From the NCBI GenBank assembly GCA_041565075.1, contig JBFGOQ010000003.1:16394-80393 (forward strand): a stretch of DNA of 64,000 bases, read 5' to 3'. Positions within the stretch are counted from its first letter, which is position 1, and each line of letters opens with the position of its first letter. The notes beneath the pieces are model-generated. The model had not been told where the DNA came from, made no database searches, and saw only the letters and a program-made list of their open reading frames with translations. Positions 27,021 through 36,728 of this stretch are shown one piece after another. This stretch comes from Gammaproteobacteria bacterium. Lineage in GTDB: Bacteria > Pseudomonadota > Gammaproteobacteria > Steroidobacterales > JABDLF01. The position numbers and the translations under genes are program-made.

Positions 27021-29507
27021 TCAGATCCTGCGCAGCACTGATACCGGCGATTGCCGTACCGCGTTGCGTGTGGCAAGGGTGCCGCTTATTCCTACCAGCA
27101 ACGTTCCGGCGGCGAGGCCGACCAGCCAGATGATTGGATTAAAAGCCACCGGCAGGTCGAAGACCTGGGTTGCCAGCAGCACGCCGGACAGCGTTGCGCC
27201 GGCTGCCGCCAGCACACCGGCCAGCAGCCCCAGTGCGACAAATTCGCTGGCGAGTCCGGCAAGAACCACATTCTTGCGCGCGCCGAGGGTGCGCAACATA
27301 GCTGACTCGTAGCGCCTTTCTTCGCGTGTCGTCTGCACCGCCGCCAGCAACACCATGAGCCCGGCGAGTAAGGTAAAGCCGAAGACATATTCCACAGCGA
27401 GCACAGCCTTGTCGATCACGCCGCGAACCTGGTTGAGAATCGCCTGCATGTCGATGGTGGTGATACTGGGGAAGCGTTTGATCATATCCAGCAATAGCGG
27501 GCGGCGTGCTTCATCGATGTACAAGCTGGAAATAAATGTGGCAGGAAAACCGCGCAGGCTTGCCGGCGACAGCAACAGAAAGAAATTGGGCTGGAAGCTG
27601 TCCCAATCAACACTTCTCAGGCTGGTAACCGTCGCGACCAACTGTTCGCCTGCAATGTTGAAGGTGAGAGTATCGCCGAGGGTGATGCGCAGGGACTCGG
27701 CAAACTCCTCCTCGACGGATACCTCCGGCGTGGGCGGCTCGTCTTGCCAGAATTGCCCGGCCGTTACCTTATTGGCCGGTGGCAGGTCGGAGCTGTAACT
27801 CAGATTGGCTTCACGATTTACGAATCGTTCGGCGCGACTGCCGGGTTCATATTTCCCATCAACCTCGATTTCGTTAATGGCACGCAATCGGGCCCGCACC
27901 AACGGTACCAGGGCCGGTTCCGGGAGGCTGTTTTCAGAAAAGAATCCCCGCAGTGCGTCGGTTTCATCGGCCTGGATATTAATCATGAAATGGTTGGGCG
28001 CATCATCGGGCAGCGTCGCCTGCCAGCCCTCGAGCAGGTCGTTGCGAACGATACCGAGCAGCAACAGCACCATGAGGCTTAGTCCGAAAGCGGTAATCTG
28101 CACCACACTGTCGCGGCCCCTGCGCGCAATATTTGCAAGCCCGTAGCGCCAGGCGACACCAACCCGGCCACGCATGCGGCCGGTGATCGCAACCAGCCCC
28201 CAGCCTGCCAGTGTCAGCAGTCCTGCGGTTGCGACTGCGCCGAGCGTAATCCAGGCCATCAGCGAAAAATCCCTGATAAGCCACCACAAGAGCGCAGCAA
28301 GCGACCCCAGCGCCGCGGCGTATATAACCAGATTTCTCAGTGGCGGTGGCGCGAGGTCATGACGCAGCACACGCGCTGGCGGCGTGCGCCTGAGCTGCAT
28401 GAGTGCTGGCAAGGCAAAACCTGCCAGCATCAGCACCGCGGTGGCCAGACCCAGTGCGGCCGGACGCAGCCCTGCAGCCGGCAGGTCGCTGGCAATCAGT
28501 TCTCCGACGACGTTCACCAACAGCGCCTGGCCCGCATAACCGATCAGGCTGCCGAACACTGCCGCCAGCAGCGCAAGCAGCAGGAGTTGTACCAGGTTCA
28601 TCCGCAGAATATCGGCCTGTCTGGCCCCAAGGCATTTCATGAGCGCGGCGAGGTCGAGGTGTCGAGCCACGTAATGGCGTGCCGACATAGCGATGGCTAT
28701 GCCCGCGAGCAACACGGCGACAATAGCGGCGAGGCCAAGAAACCTCCTGGCGCGATCCAGCGCCCGGCGGATTTCCGGCTGTGCCTCGTCCAGCGTGACA
28801 AGTCGTTGTCCGTCGGTGAGCCGCGGCTTGATCCAGCGCCTGAACTGCTCGACATCGCGTGCCTCCCCGGCAAAAAGAAACTGGTGCCGCACCCGGCTGC
28901 CGGGTTGCACGAGCTCGGTTGCGGCGACGTCATCAATATTGATCAGCAGCGTAGGCGCCAGGTCGACGAAACCCCAGCCACGATCGGGAACGTGATCGAG
29001 CAATGCGACGGTTGCCAGCCGTGTTGCCCCTACACCAAGTTCATTCCCCACATCGGAGGCCAGTCGCGCCAGCAGACGTGGGTCGGCCCAGGCGCTCCCG
29101 CGAATGGGTCCGCCGCTGATCTCGCGTGCCTGCCCGAAAAAGTCATCGCGGATTCTGAGTGTGCCCCGCAGAGGATATGTTTCGCTGACCGCCCGCACTT
29201 CGACCAGTGTGCTTGCCTCACCGGCAATCACTACGCTAGGGAAAGACAGTGTTCGGGCACTGGCCAGCCGGAAGTCGATTGCCGCGGCCTGCCATTGTGG
29301 GTCGAGCTCGGCACGCGAACTCACGACCAGGTCCGCAGCCAGGACGCCCGCGGCTTCGCGATCCATCGCCACGCCGACGCGCTCGGTAAAAAAGCCGATC
29401 GCGGTCATTGCTGCGACCGCCACCAGCAGCGCCGCTGATAACACACCGAGTTCGCCGGAGAGCCAGTCGCGACCGAGGCCGCGTAGTGCCAGGCGCCAGC
29501 TATTCAC
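27021..29507 (-). CDS. ybbP: FtsX-like ABC transporter permease YbbP (MacB-type, duplicated 4-TM modules)
   Basis: 828 aa from the GTG at 29507 (VNSWRLALRGLGRDW). Two FtsX-type TM bundles are separated by large periplasmic loops. 8-nt overlap with the ybbA stop. Same ybbA-ybbP/tesA arrangement as E. coli. Confidence 0.8.
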   Translation of the reverse strand: MNSWRLALRGLGRDWLSGELGVLSAALLVAVAAMTAIGFFTERVGVAMDREAAGVLAADLVVSSRAELDPQWQAAAIDFRLASARTLSFPSVVIAGEASTLVEVRAVSETYPLRGTLRIRDDFFGQAREISGGPIRGSAWADPRLLARLASDVGNELGVGATRLATVALLDHVPDRGWGFVDLAPTLLINIDDVAATELVQPGSRVRHQFLFAGEARDVEQFRRWIKPRLTDGQRLVTLDEAQPEIRRALDRARRFLGLAAIVAVLLAGIAIAMSARHYVARHLDLAALMKCLGARQADILRMNLVQLLLLALLAAVFGSLIGYAGQALLVNVVGELIASDLPAAGLRPAALGLATAVLMLAGFALPALMQLRRTPPARVLRHDLAPPPLRNLVIYAAALGSLAALLWWLIRDFSLMAWITLGAVATAGLLTLAGWGLVAITGRMRGRVGVAWRYGLANIARRGRDSVVQITAFGLSLMVLLLLGIVRNDLLEGWQATLPDDAPNHFMINIQADETDALRGFFSENSLPEPALVPLVRARLRAINEIEVDGKYEPGSRAERFVNREANLSYSSDLPPANKVTAGQFWQDEPPTPEVSVEEEFAESLRITLGDTLTFNIAGEQLVATVTSLRSVDWDSFQPNFFLLLSPASLRGFPATFISSLYIDEARRPLLLDMIKRFPSITTIDMQAILNQVRGVIDKAVLAVEYVFGFTLLAGLMVLLAAVQTTREERRYESAMLRTLGARKNVVLAGLASEFVALGLLAGVLAAAGATLSGVLLATQVFDLPVAFNPIIWLVGLAAGTLLVGISGTLATRNAVRQSPVSVLRRI

Positions 29508-30210
29508 TTGCGGTTCCGGCCGGAGCGTCCACGATTCCGCCAGTATCCATATGGATAACCCGATCACAGCGGTTGGCAAGCTGCACATCGTGCGTGACCA
29601 TTACCAGAGTGGTGTCGCGGCGCGCGTTCAAAGAGAACAGCAAGTCAATAATGGTCTTGCCGGTGCGGGTGTCGAGATTGCCAGTGGGCTCGTCGGCGAA
29701 CAGCACGGCTGGTTCGGTTACGAAGGCGCGCGCAATCGCGACGCGTTGTTTTTCCCCACCGGAAAGCTGTCGCGGATAGTGCCGGCGGCGCGGCAGCAAA
29801 CCCACCTGTTCGAGCACCGCATCAGCGGCCGCCCCGGCATCTTTGCGTCCCGCGAGTTCAAGGGGAAGCATGACATTCTCAACGGCAGTCAAAGAGGCAA
29901 TGAGATGGAAAGACTGAAAGACAAAGCCAACCCGCCGGGCACGCAGTTCCGCGCGGCCATCCTCATCCAGGGCCGTGAGTTCTGCGCCATCCAGCCAGAC
30001 CCGGCCGGCAGACGGTTCATCGAGCCCCGCCAGCAGGGCCAGCAGCGTTGACTTGCCGGCGCCGGAGGGGCCAGCTACGGCCACGCTTTCACCGCCCTTA
30101 ACCTCCAGGCCAATATCCCGCAGAATAGTGAGTTCGCCCTCAGGGCTCGGCACGCGCTTGTACAGATTTTCTGCACGGAGAACGAAATTGAGATCCTTGT
30201 TTTCAGTCAC
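29500..30210 (-). CDS. ybbA: ABC transporter ATP-binding protein YbbA
   Basis: Walker A GPSGAGKSTLL, signature LSGGEKQRVAIARA, Walker B VLFADEPTGNLD, H-loop VTHD. Confidence 0.9.
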   Translation of the reverse strand: MTENKDLNFVLRAENLYKRVPSPEGELTILRDIGLEVKGGESVAVAGPSGAGKSTLLALLAGLDEPSAGRVWLDGAELTALDEDGRAELRARRVGFVFQSFHLIASLTAVENVMLPLELAGRKDAGAAADAVLEQVGLLPRRRHYPRQLSGGEKQRVAIARAFVTEPAVLFADEPTGNLDTRTGKTIIDLLFSLNARRDTTLVMVTHDVQLANRCDRVIHMDTGGIVDAPAGTASE

Positions 30211-30874
30211 CTTGTACCTGATCCTTTTGTTGCTCTCAGGGTTCCCCGGAATTGCGCAGCCCGGGGCAAATGAAAAAATTCTCGTGATCGGCGACAGCCT
30301 GAGCGCCGGCTATGGCCTGGCGGCCAATGAAAGCTGGGTGGCACTTCTGTCCGCGCGACTGGCCAGCCAAGGGTATGGCTACCACGTACTAAATGCCAGC
30401 ATCACCGGCGATACGACGCGCGGGGGGCGCGCGCGTCTGCCCGGTGCGCTTGACAGGCACTCTCCGGCGATTGTGATCATCGAGCTTGGCGGTAACGACG
30501 GGTTGCGCGGCATTTCCATAGCAGAAATGAGGACCAATCTCGCAGCCATGATCGAAGCTTCCAGGGGCGTTGGTGCCGATGTGATCCTGGTTGGCATGCA
30601 GATACCGCCCAACTACGGGCGCGAATATGCCAGCCGTTTTGCCGCTACCTTCGAGGAACTGGCAGCGGAGCATGCCACAGGGTTCGTGCCGTTCCTGCTT
30701 GATGGCGTTGCGCTGGATGACGGGCTCATGCAGCCGGATGGCATCCACCCCAATGCGCGTGCGCAGCAAATCATGCTGGACAATGTCTGGCCCACTCTGG
30801 CCGAGCTTCTGGGTGATGGCGACTGTCACATGGAAAACGCCAAGTCTTTGAATAAAAAGGAAGCAAGCGGCTGA
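30188..30874 (+). CDS. tesA: SGNH arylesterase / acyl-CoA thioesterase I (TesA-like), secreted
   Basis: SGNH blocks ILVIGDSLSAGYG, NASITGDT, IELGGNDGLR and DGIHPN. TTG at 30188 gives the signal peptide MRSLFSVTLYLILLLLSGFPGIA and overlaps divergent ybbA by 23 nt. Alternative TTG at 30212. No ATG or GTG is available. Confidence 0.8.
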   Translation: MRSLFSVTLYLILLLLSGFPGIAQPGANEKILVIGDSLSAGYGLAANESWVALLSARLASQGYGYHVLNASITGDTTRGGRARLPGALDRHSPAIVIIELGGNDGLRGISIAEMRTNLAAMIEASRGVGADVILVGMQIPPNYGREYASRFAATFEELAAEHATGFVPFLLDGVALDDGLMQPDGIHPNARAQQIMLDNVWPTLAELLGDGDCHMENAKSLNKKEASG

Positions 30875-31013
30875 ACCGGAACAGATACTGCGTGCTTGGC
30901 GTGCGCTTGCGGTAATATAAAGGCGCGTCCCACGGTGCTGGAATTCAACAAGCACAATAGCCGGCGATACCTGACAACAGACGACGCCGACGGCACTTAA
31001 TCTGCGGGAGAAC

Positions 31014-32705
31014 ATGGTGGAAAAAGTCTGGCTCAATGAATACTCGGAGGGCGTACCTCACGAGATCGACCTTTCTCGTTATCGCTCATTGAAAGAGATC
31101 ATAGAGGAAAGCTGCGGGCGCTATCGTGACCTGCCGGCTTTCATCAACATGGGGAAGACCCTGACTTTCGGAGAGATCGACCAGAAAAGTCGTTACTTTG
31201 CCACCTACCTGCAGAAGGTCCTTGGGCTGAGCAAGGGCGACCGCGTTGCGGTGATGATGCCGAACCTGCTGCAATACCCGATCGCCATATTCGGCATCCT
31301 GCGCGCCGGTATGGTGGTAGTGAACACCAATCCCCTGTATACGCCCCGGGAATTGCGGCACCAACTGACGGATTCCGGGGCCAGCGCGATCGTTATTGTG
31401 GAGAATTTCGCGAGCACGCTGCAGAAGGTGCTGCCGGATACGCAGGTCAAGAAGGTAATAACCACGGAAATCGGCGATATGCTGAATTTCCCGAAGTCAA
31501 AGCTGATCAGCTTTGCGGTGAAGAAAATCAAGAAAATGGTGCCTGCCTGGAATATTCCCGACACTATAAAATTCACTCGTGCGCTGAGTGAGGGCAAGTG
31601 GCACACGCTGGATGCGGTCGAACTTGATCATGACGACCTGGCCTTCCTGCAATACACAGGCGGCACTACCGGTGTTGCCAAGGGCGCCATGCTTACCCAC
31701 GGAAATATGGTTGCCAACCTGCTACAGGCGTCTGCCTGGTTGTCGACCGCGACCCAGGAGGGGCGCGATATGGTCGTCACAGCCTTGCCGCTTTATCATA
31801 TTTTCTCATTGACGGCGAATTGCCTGACCTTCATGGAAATCGGCGGCTGCAATCTCCTGATCACCAATCCACGCGACTTCGATGGTTTCGTCAAAGAGCT
31901 GAACAAGTACAAGTTCACGGCCATGACAGGCGTCAACACGCTGTTTAACGCCTTGCTTAACACGCCGGGGTTCGCCGAAGTAGATTTTTCCAGTCTGCGC
32001 CTGACCCTTGGCGGCGGCATGGCCGTGCAGCGCGCGGTGGCGGAGGAATGGCAGAGGGTCACTTCTGCGCCGCTGATAGAGGCTTATGGTCTGACTGAAA
32101 CCAGCCCCGCCGCGGCCATCAATCCGCTGACAAATACGGAATTCAATGGCGCGATCGGGGTGCCTATACCTTCCACAGAATTCAGTATTCGTGACGAGCA
32201 GGGCAACGAACTGCCTATGGGCGAAGTAGGGGAAATTTGTATTCGTGGCCCGCAGGTCATGAAGGGTTACTGGAACCGTCCCGATGAGACGGCGGCGACC
32301 ATGTTCGACGGGGGTTGGTTGCGCACCGGCGACATGGGGCGGGTGGACGAAAAGGGCTATTTCTTCATCGAAGATCGCAAGAAGGACATGATCCTGGTTT
32401 CGGGGTTTAACGTCTATCCCAACGAGATCGAGTCAGTGGTGGTGGAGCATCCGGGCATTCTTGAAGCGGCGGCGGTCGGCGTATCCGACGAGCGGTCAGG
32501 CGAGGCGGTGAAGCTGTTCGTGGTGGCCAAGGACAAAAGCCTCACCGCGAAGCAGGTGCGCGACTACTGTAAAGAGCACCTCACCGGCTACAAAGTGCCC
32601 AAGACCGTGGAGTTTCGCGATGAATTGCCGAAAACCAATGTCGGCAAGATCTTACGCCGCGCATTGCGCGATGAGGCGGAGAAGAAAGAACCGGCACCTG
32701 CCTGA
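31014..32705 (+). CDS. fadD: Long-chain-fatty-acid--CoA ligase
   Basis: Near-colinear with E. coli FadD as remembered: VWLNEY..., [74 protein letters not shown]. Confidence 0.95.
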   Translation: MVEKVWLNEYSEGVPHEIDLSRYRSLKEIIEESCGRYRDLPAFINMGKTLTFGEIDQKSRYFATYLQKVLGLSKGDRVAVMMPNLLQYPIAIFGILRAGMVVVNTNPLYTPRELRHQLTDSGASAIVIVENFASTLQKVLPDTQVKKVITTEIGDMLNFPKSKLISFAVKKIKKMVPAWNIPDTIKFTRALSEGKWHTLDAVELDHDDLAFLQYTGGTTGVAKGAMLTHGNMVANLLQASAWLSTATQEGRDMVVTALPLYHIFSLTANCLTFMEIGGCNLLITNPRDFDGFVKELNKYKFTAMTGVNTLFNALLNTPGFAEVDFSSLRLTLGGGMAVQRAVAEEWQRVTSAPLIEAYGLTETSPAAAINPLTNTEFNGAIGVPIPSTEFSIRDEQGNELPMGEVGEICIRGPQVMKGYWNRPDETAATMFDGGWLRTGDMGRVDEKGYFFIEDRKKDMILVSGFNVYPNEIESVVVEHPGILEAAAVGVSDERSGEAVKLFVVAKDKSLTAKQVRDYCKEHLTGYKVPKTVEFRDELPKTNVGKILRRALRDEAEKKEPAPA

Positions 32706-32727
32706 ATCGCCGCCACGTTAAGCTGCG

Positions 32728-33336
32728 GTGTCTGACCTTCTCATTTACGGTTTTCCTGCCAGTACCTTTGTACGCACGGTGCGCATGGCGTGCGTGGAAA
32801 AAGGTGTGCCGTTTACGCTGGACGCATTTGAATCTTTTGAATTTGGCAGCGATACGCATCGCGAGTTGCATCCTTTTTTGAAAATGCCGGTCATGCGTCA
32901 CGATGACGTCTTACTGTTTGAAACTCTCGCTATTTGTCGCTATATCGACGAGACTTTCGCCGGTCCGAGCCTGGTGCCCGACATGCTCGTGGAACGTTGC
33001 CGGATGGAGCAGTGGATCAGCGCCATCAATGACAGCGTTTATCATCGACTGATCAGGAAATGGATTTTGCCATCCATACGCGGGCCCGAAATGAACGATG
33101 AAGAAAGGCTTGCTGCAAAAACCCGTGCGCGCGATACGCTGGCTGTCGTGGACGACACCTGTGAGGATGGCGATTATCTGGTTGGCAATTCGCTTAGCCT
33201 TGCCGACCTGTTCCTGGTACCGATTATCGCGTATGCGGTGCAGGCTGATGGCCGGATCCTGGACGGCCTGCCAAGGCTGAGCCGCATTTGGTCGGAGCTG
33301 AGTTCGCGGGAGAGTTTTGTCCGGACTATGGTCTGA
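32728..33336 (+). CDS. Glutathione S-transferase family protein
   Basis: 202 aa. N-terminal thioredoxin-like LIYGFPASTFVRTVRMACVEKGVPF, KMPVMRHDDVLLFETLAICRYI (cis-Pro loop / ES motif region) and a helical C-terminal domain. GTG start. Confidence 0.7.
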   Translation: MSDLLIYGFPASTFVRTVRMACVEKGVPFTLDAFESFEFGSDTHRELHPFLKMPVMRHDDVLLFETLAICRYIDETFAGPSLVPDMLVERCRMEQWISAINDSVYHRLIRKWILPSIRGPEMNDEERLAAKTRARDTLAVVDDTCEDGDYLVGNSLSLADLFLVPIIAYAVQADGRILDGLPRLSRIWSELSSRESFVRTMV

Positions 33337-33349
33337 TTAATTGACCTGA

Positions 33350-34600
33350 CTATTGGCGTGCCCATTCCTGCAACTTGTCGAGGGTAACGCTCAGCTGGTT
33401 GGTCACCTGGTTCTTGCGCTTACCCTTGGTGCGCACAGCCAGTGGTACTTTTACCGCCTCGCTGAAGTGTCGTTGCCGGTCGTTCAGCGATTTCATATTT
33501 AAGCTTATCCCATGGCGTCGCAGGATGGGCCTGAGTGATTTGGCCTGCGCGCGCAGATCAGCGCGGGTCATTTCATAGGCGTGCTGACAGATCTGCAGCC
33601 GACTCGAGTAACTGAAGATATTGGTAAAAAACATTCGTGAATCATCACGATCGGGTTCCAGCAAAATGATGTCGCGATCGGGATAAGCTGACTCGTACTT
33701 TTCCATGCCGATTTCCATGCGCGAATGCACGAGTGCCCGGAAAGTCTGCGCCAGCACTACCGGCAAGCCGCCCTCGGTCAGTTTATCGTGTGGTTTGTTT
33801 GGATCATTGGCAGCAAGGTTGGCGTCATAAGGAACAATCGGATTGATGCAGATCAGCATGTCGGCGCCCTCATCGAGCGCCACCGAGGCATGCAGGGTGC
33901 GTTTCAGTGCACCATCAAGATAGAAACGCCCATCAATTTCCACCGGCGGATAAAGGCCGGGCAATGCCGTGCTTGCCTGAATGGCCTTGGAAATCGGCAC
34001 ATGCTCATGCTCTTTGTCGCCAAAACGCACCGAGTCACCGGTATCCAGGTCGGTAGCAACTACCCGTAACTTGCGCTTGAGTTCACGGAAATCATTGGTG
34101 CGCCCGCGCGTGCTGTAGAGGTCCGCCAGGAACTCGTTCACAGGCTCATTGGCGAATATCCCGGACGGGATAATGCTGTTGAGGCCAGCCAGGGACTCAA
34201 TCAGTCCTACATCGGGGATGTTGCCGAGAAATCGTGCGATGCTGTCGGCGAAGGCGCCGGGTAGCCGCAACAGACTCTGCAGGTAGCCGCTCAGATTCGG
34301 GGTGAGGAAAACCCGTGGCGATATCGGATGTGCCAGTGACTCATTCTGGATAAAAATCCGCGCCATCTGCGACGTGGAAATACCATTGACCAGATTGGAT
34401 GCGATGAAGGCCCCGGAACTCACTCCGACGTAGATGTCCAGTTCATGCAAGTCGACACCCTTGAGCGCTTCGTCCAGAGCAATGAGCGCCCCAACCTCGT
34501 AAATACCGCCCACGGGCCCGCCACCGGCCAGCGCAAGGCCGAATTGACGCCGGGCCTTACCGCGTTTGGGTTTGCTCGCTGGTGTGACCGAGAGCGTCAA
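33350..34600 (-). CDS. Patatin-like phospholipase/lipase
   Basis: Oxyanion motif LALAGGGPVGG, nucleophile elbow GVSSG (GxSxG) and catalytic Asp in LDGALKRT (DGA). 416 aa. Confidence 0.85.
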   Translation of the reverse strand: MTLSVTPASKPKRGKARRQFGLALAGGGPVGGIYEVGALIALDEALKGVDLHELDIYVGVSSGAFIASNLVNGISTSQMARIFIQNESLAHPISPRVFLTPNLSGYLQSLLRLPGAFADSIARFLGNIPDVGLIESLAGLNSIIPSGIFANEPVNEFLADLYSTRGRTNDFRELKRKLRVVATDLDTGDSVRFGDKEHEHVPISKAIQASTALPGLYPPVEIDGRFYLDGALKRTLHASVALDEGADMLICINPIVPYDANLAANDPNKPHDKLTEGGLPVVLAQTFRALVHSRMEIGMEKYESAYPDRDIILLEPDRDDSRMFFTNIFSYSSRLQICQHAYEMTRADLRAQAKSLRPILRRHGISLNMKSLNDRQRHFSEAVKVPLAVRTKGKRKNQVTNQLSVTLDKLQEWARQ

Positions 34601-34618
34601 GAGATTTCGCCCGCAACT

Positions 34619-34963
34619 CTAGTGCTTGCGCTTCTTGCTGGTGGTCTTCGTGGCCTTGGTGCGCGTGCCGGGCCGTCGGGTCTTGGCAGCGACTCGTTGG
34701 CGCCCGGCAGGTGTCTTTTTTTTGCCCGTCCTTGCGGCCGGTTTGCTGCCTGCCTTGATCGTTTCACCGCTCAGCTTCTCGACCAGTTTGCTGAGGGCTT
34801 CCACACGTCTCGAAAGCTCCTGCACGTCATCATGGGTGGGTATCTGCATGGCGTTCAATACGCGCGCGACCCTGGATTCGAAAACCTGCTCGAGTTTTTC
34901 CCAGGTGTCAGCAGCCATGCCCTTGACCCCGGAACCCGCTTTCTTGGCTTGTTTCTTGCTCAC
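34619..34963 (-). CDS. Phasin-family (PhaF/PhaI-type, PF05597-like) granule-associated protein with basic Lys/Ala/Thr tail
   Basis: WEKLEQVFESRVARVLNAMQIPTHDDVQELSRRVEALSKLVEKL resembles the conserved C-terminal core of Pseudomonas-type phasins as remembered. The tail KPAARTGKKKTPAGRQRVAAKTRRPGTRTKATKTTSKKRKH is histone-H1-like. 18 nt upstream of the patatin gene. Confidence 0.6.
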   Translation of the reverse strand: MSKKQAKKAGSGVKGMAADTWEKLEQVFESRVARVLNAMQIPTHDDVQELSRRVEALSKLVEKLSGETIKAGSKPAARTGKKKTPAGRQRVAAKTRRPGTRTKATKTTSKKRKH

Positions 34964-35008
34964 GTCTGCCCCCTCGTCATCCGCCGGCCTGCCGTTCGCG
35001 TCCGATCA

Positions 35009-35028
35009 GATGTCGGGCGCCCGACATC
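35009..35028. promoter_or_regulatory. Perfect 20-bp palindrome (candidate operator) in the phasin-patatin leader
   Basis: GATGTCGGGCGCCCGACATC equals its own reverse complement. It lies 45 nt upstream of the phasin start codon and has no adjacent T-tract. Confidence 0.4.
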
Positions 35029-35139
35029 GTCACCGACGGACCCGTTGTGAAATCCCCGTGGGCCAGCGTTGTGGGTGCTCGCACCCCGGGGCAGAGATGC
35101 CGAATGCGGCATTGCAATATATGCCAAGGATACCACCAA

Positions 35140-35183
35140 AACGAGGCCCCATAGGGGTCGGGGGGAGACCCGGACCGGGTCTC
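35140..35183 (-). terminator. Possible terminator after the WS/DGAT gene
   Basis: On the minus strand: GAGACCCGG-T-CCGGGTCTC (9-bp arms, overlapping the TGA stop). This is followed by CCCC-TAT-GGGG and TCGTTTTGG. The T-tract is weak. Confidence 0.35.
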
Positions 35184-36606
35184 AGGACATGCGCGAGTGG
35201 TGTTCGTTCAGCTCGGCTTCGAGCTTGTGGGGGTCAGGGCGCTCCTCCCAGGCGGACATCAGCGTGCTGAGCAGCAGTTTTTCGAATTCACCCCTGAAAC
35301 GGGAAATTATGGCAAACGGGTCCGGTACCCGCTTGCGGTCCGCTATAAGGCCAAACTGTACCCTGCCGTCATAGCTCAGGATGCTGACCCCGAGTCCTAC
35401 GCTGCCGCTGGCAGGTACCCAGAACATCTGCTGCACGATGCGGCATCCCGCGAGGTACAGCGGTTGTCGCGGCCCAGGCACGTTGGTCATCACGATAGAC
35501 GTTTTCTCGCTGAGCAGATCGAGTGCGGTTTTTTGCAGCTGCCGGGGTCCGAAGCCAAGCGCACCCAGCAGCAGGTAGGTTGCGAGAGGTTGCCGCGAGG
35601 ACTTCAGCTTTTGCATGTTTTCGTGCACCTTGTACAGGCGCTCCAGCGGGTTGCGAATACCCACCGGCAGGTCCAGGAGCACCAACCCAAACTGATTGCC
35701 GAGGCGTGCCGGCGCATCCAGCGGGCGCAGATTCACAGGCACCGCTGCGCGGATCACCAGCCCATCGGTGTCTTGTCCCTGCTCGACGAGGTAGCTGTGC
35801 AGCGCACCGGCGGCGCAGGCCAACAGGACATCGTTAATCGTGCAGCCGAGCGCTTTGCCGATGGTGCGGACCTCTTCAAGCGGCAACGGTTCCGCCCAGG
35901 CAACTTGCTTGCGGGCACCCAGAGGCCCTTTGAACGGTGTGGGCGGGTCATCTTCCAGCAGTCCCAGTTTGGCGAGCTCGGCAGCGAGGTCCACGCCGGT
36001 CTTGACCATGCCTGCCGCGGCGCCTGGGTCCTGAACGATATGCAGGCTGTTTTTCCAGAGATTGGCCCCCAGCTTCAGACCATGAGTCACGAGTTTGGTC
36101 CCGGGCAAGCTCGACGGCCCGTGCTGTTTTGCCTTGGGCCCGTTATCGGGCAGCACACTGCCGCCGCCCTGCTTTTCGGTCATGGCCATCAGGACCTGGA
36201 TGAGTGCGATGCCGTCGGCGTAAGAATGATGGATGCGCGTCACGATGGCGGATCCGCCCTCGTAATTTTCGACCAGCTGAAACTGCCACATGGGCTTCCA
36301 GGGATCGAGTGGCGTACTGGCGAGTTCGCTGACGTATGCTTGCAGGGCCTGCTTGTCGGCTTTGCCAGGCAGGGCCACACGCAGCACATGGGCATCTATA
36401 TCGAAATTCGGATCTTCCTCCCAAAAAGCAGATGCGACGTCGCGTCCGGCCCGCTGCCGGAAGCGTGCAAAGCGCAGAAAGCGCTCACGGATGACCTTCT
36501 TGAGGCGCAGGTAGCGGACCTTTTCCTCGAAAATCATCACGCCGGTGATCATCATGAGGTTGGTGGGACGCTCCATGCGCAGCCAGGCCGTGTCTACGCT
36601 GGACAT
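35182..36606 (-). CDS. Wax ester synthase / acyl-CoA:diacylglycerol acyltransferase (WS/DGAT)
   Basis: Active-site motif HHSYADGIAL (HHxxxDG). N-terminus MSSVDTAWLRMERPTNLMMITGV. About 474 aa, typical of the family. The upstream extension to 36759 is rejected. Confidence 0.85.
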   Translation of the reverse strand: MSSVDTAWLRMERPTNLMMITGVMIFEEKVRYLRLKKVIRERFLRFARFRQRAGRDVASAFWEEDPNFDIDAHVLRVALPGKADKQALQAYVSELASTPLDPWKPMWQFQLVENYEGGSAIVTRIHHSYADGIALIQVLMAMTEKQGGGSVLPDNGPKAKQHGPSSLPGTKLVTHGLKLGANLWKNSLHIVQDPGAAAGMVKTGVDLAAELAKLGLLEDDPPTPFKGPLGARKQVAWAEPLPLEEVRTIGKALGCTINDVLLACAAGALHSYLVEQGQDTDGLVIRAAVPVNLRPLDAPARLGNQFGLVLLDLPVGIRNPLERLYKVHENMQKLKSSRQPLATYLLLGALGFGPRQLQKTALDLLSEKTSIVMTNVPGPRQPLYLAGCRIVQQMFWVPASGSVGLGVSILSYDGRVQFGLIADRKRVPDPFAIISRFRGEFEKLLLSTLMSAWEERPDPHKLEAELNEHHSRMS

Positions 36607-36728
36607 GCCTTCCCGGCCTGGAATCAGTGAATCGATGATCATGAGCGTGAGTTTTTGTTCCGGCAACTGGCAGTCTATGGTCAAAACGCTAACATTTAGC
36701 ATTTTGTTGCACAAACCAGGAAGATGAT

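Noticed and set aside
28359-29438. 359-aa plus-strand ORF opposite ybbP
   Set aside because: Antisense artefact. ybbP has the expected FtsX-type topology and is coupled to ybbA.
29975-30187. Upstream 71-codon extension of the tesA ORF
   Set aside because: The extension lies entirely inside ybbA on the opposite strand. It encodes Ser/Pro/Arg-rich sequence ahead of the signal peptide.
35197-36630. 477-aa plus-strand ORF covering the WS/DGAT locus
   Set aside because: It is antisense to a gene with a clear HHxxxDG active site. The translation is Arg/Gln/His/Gly-rich with no motifs. Long stop-free antisense frames are expected in GC-rich DNA.
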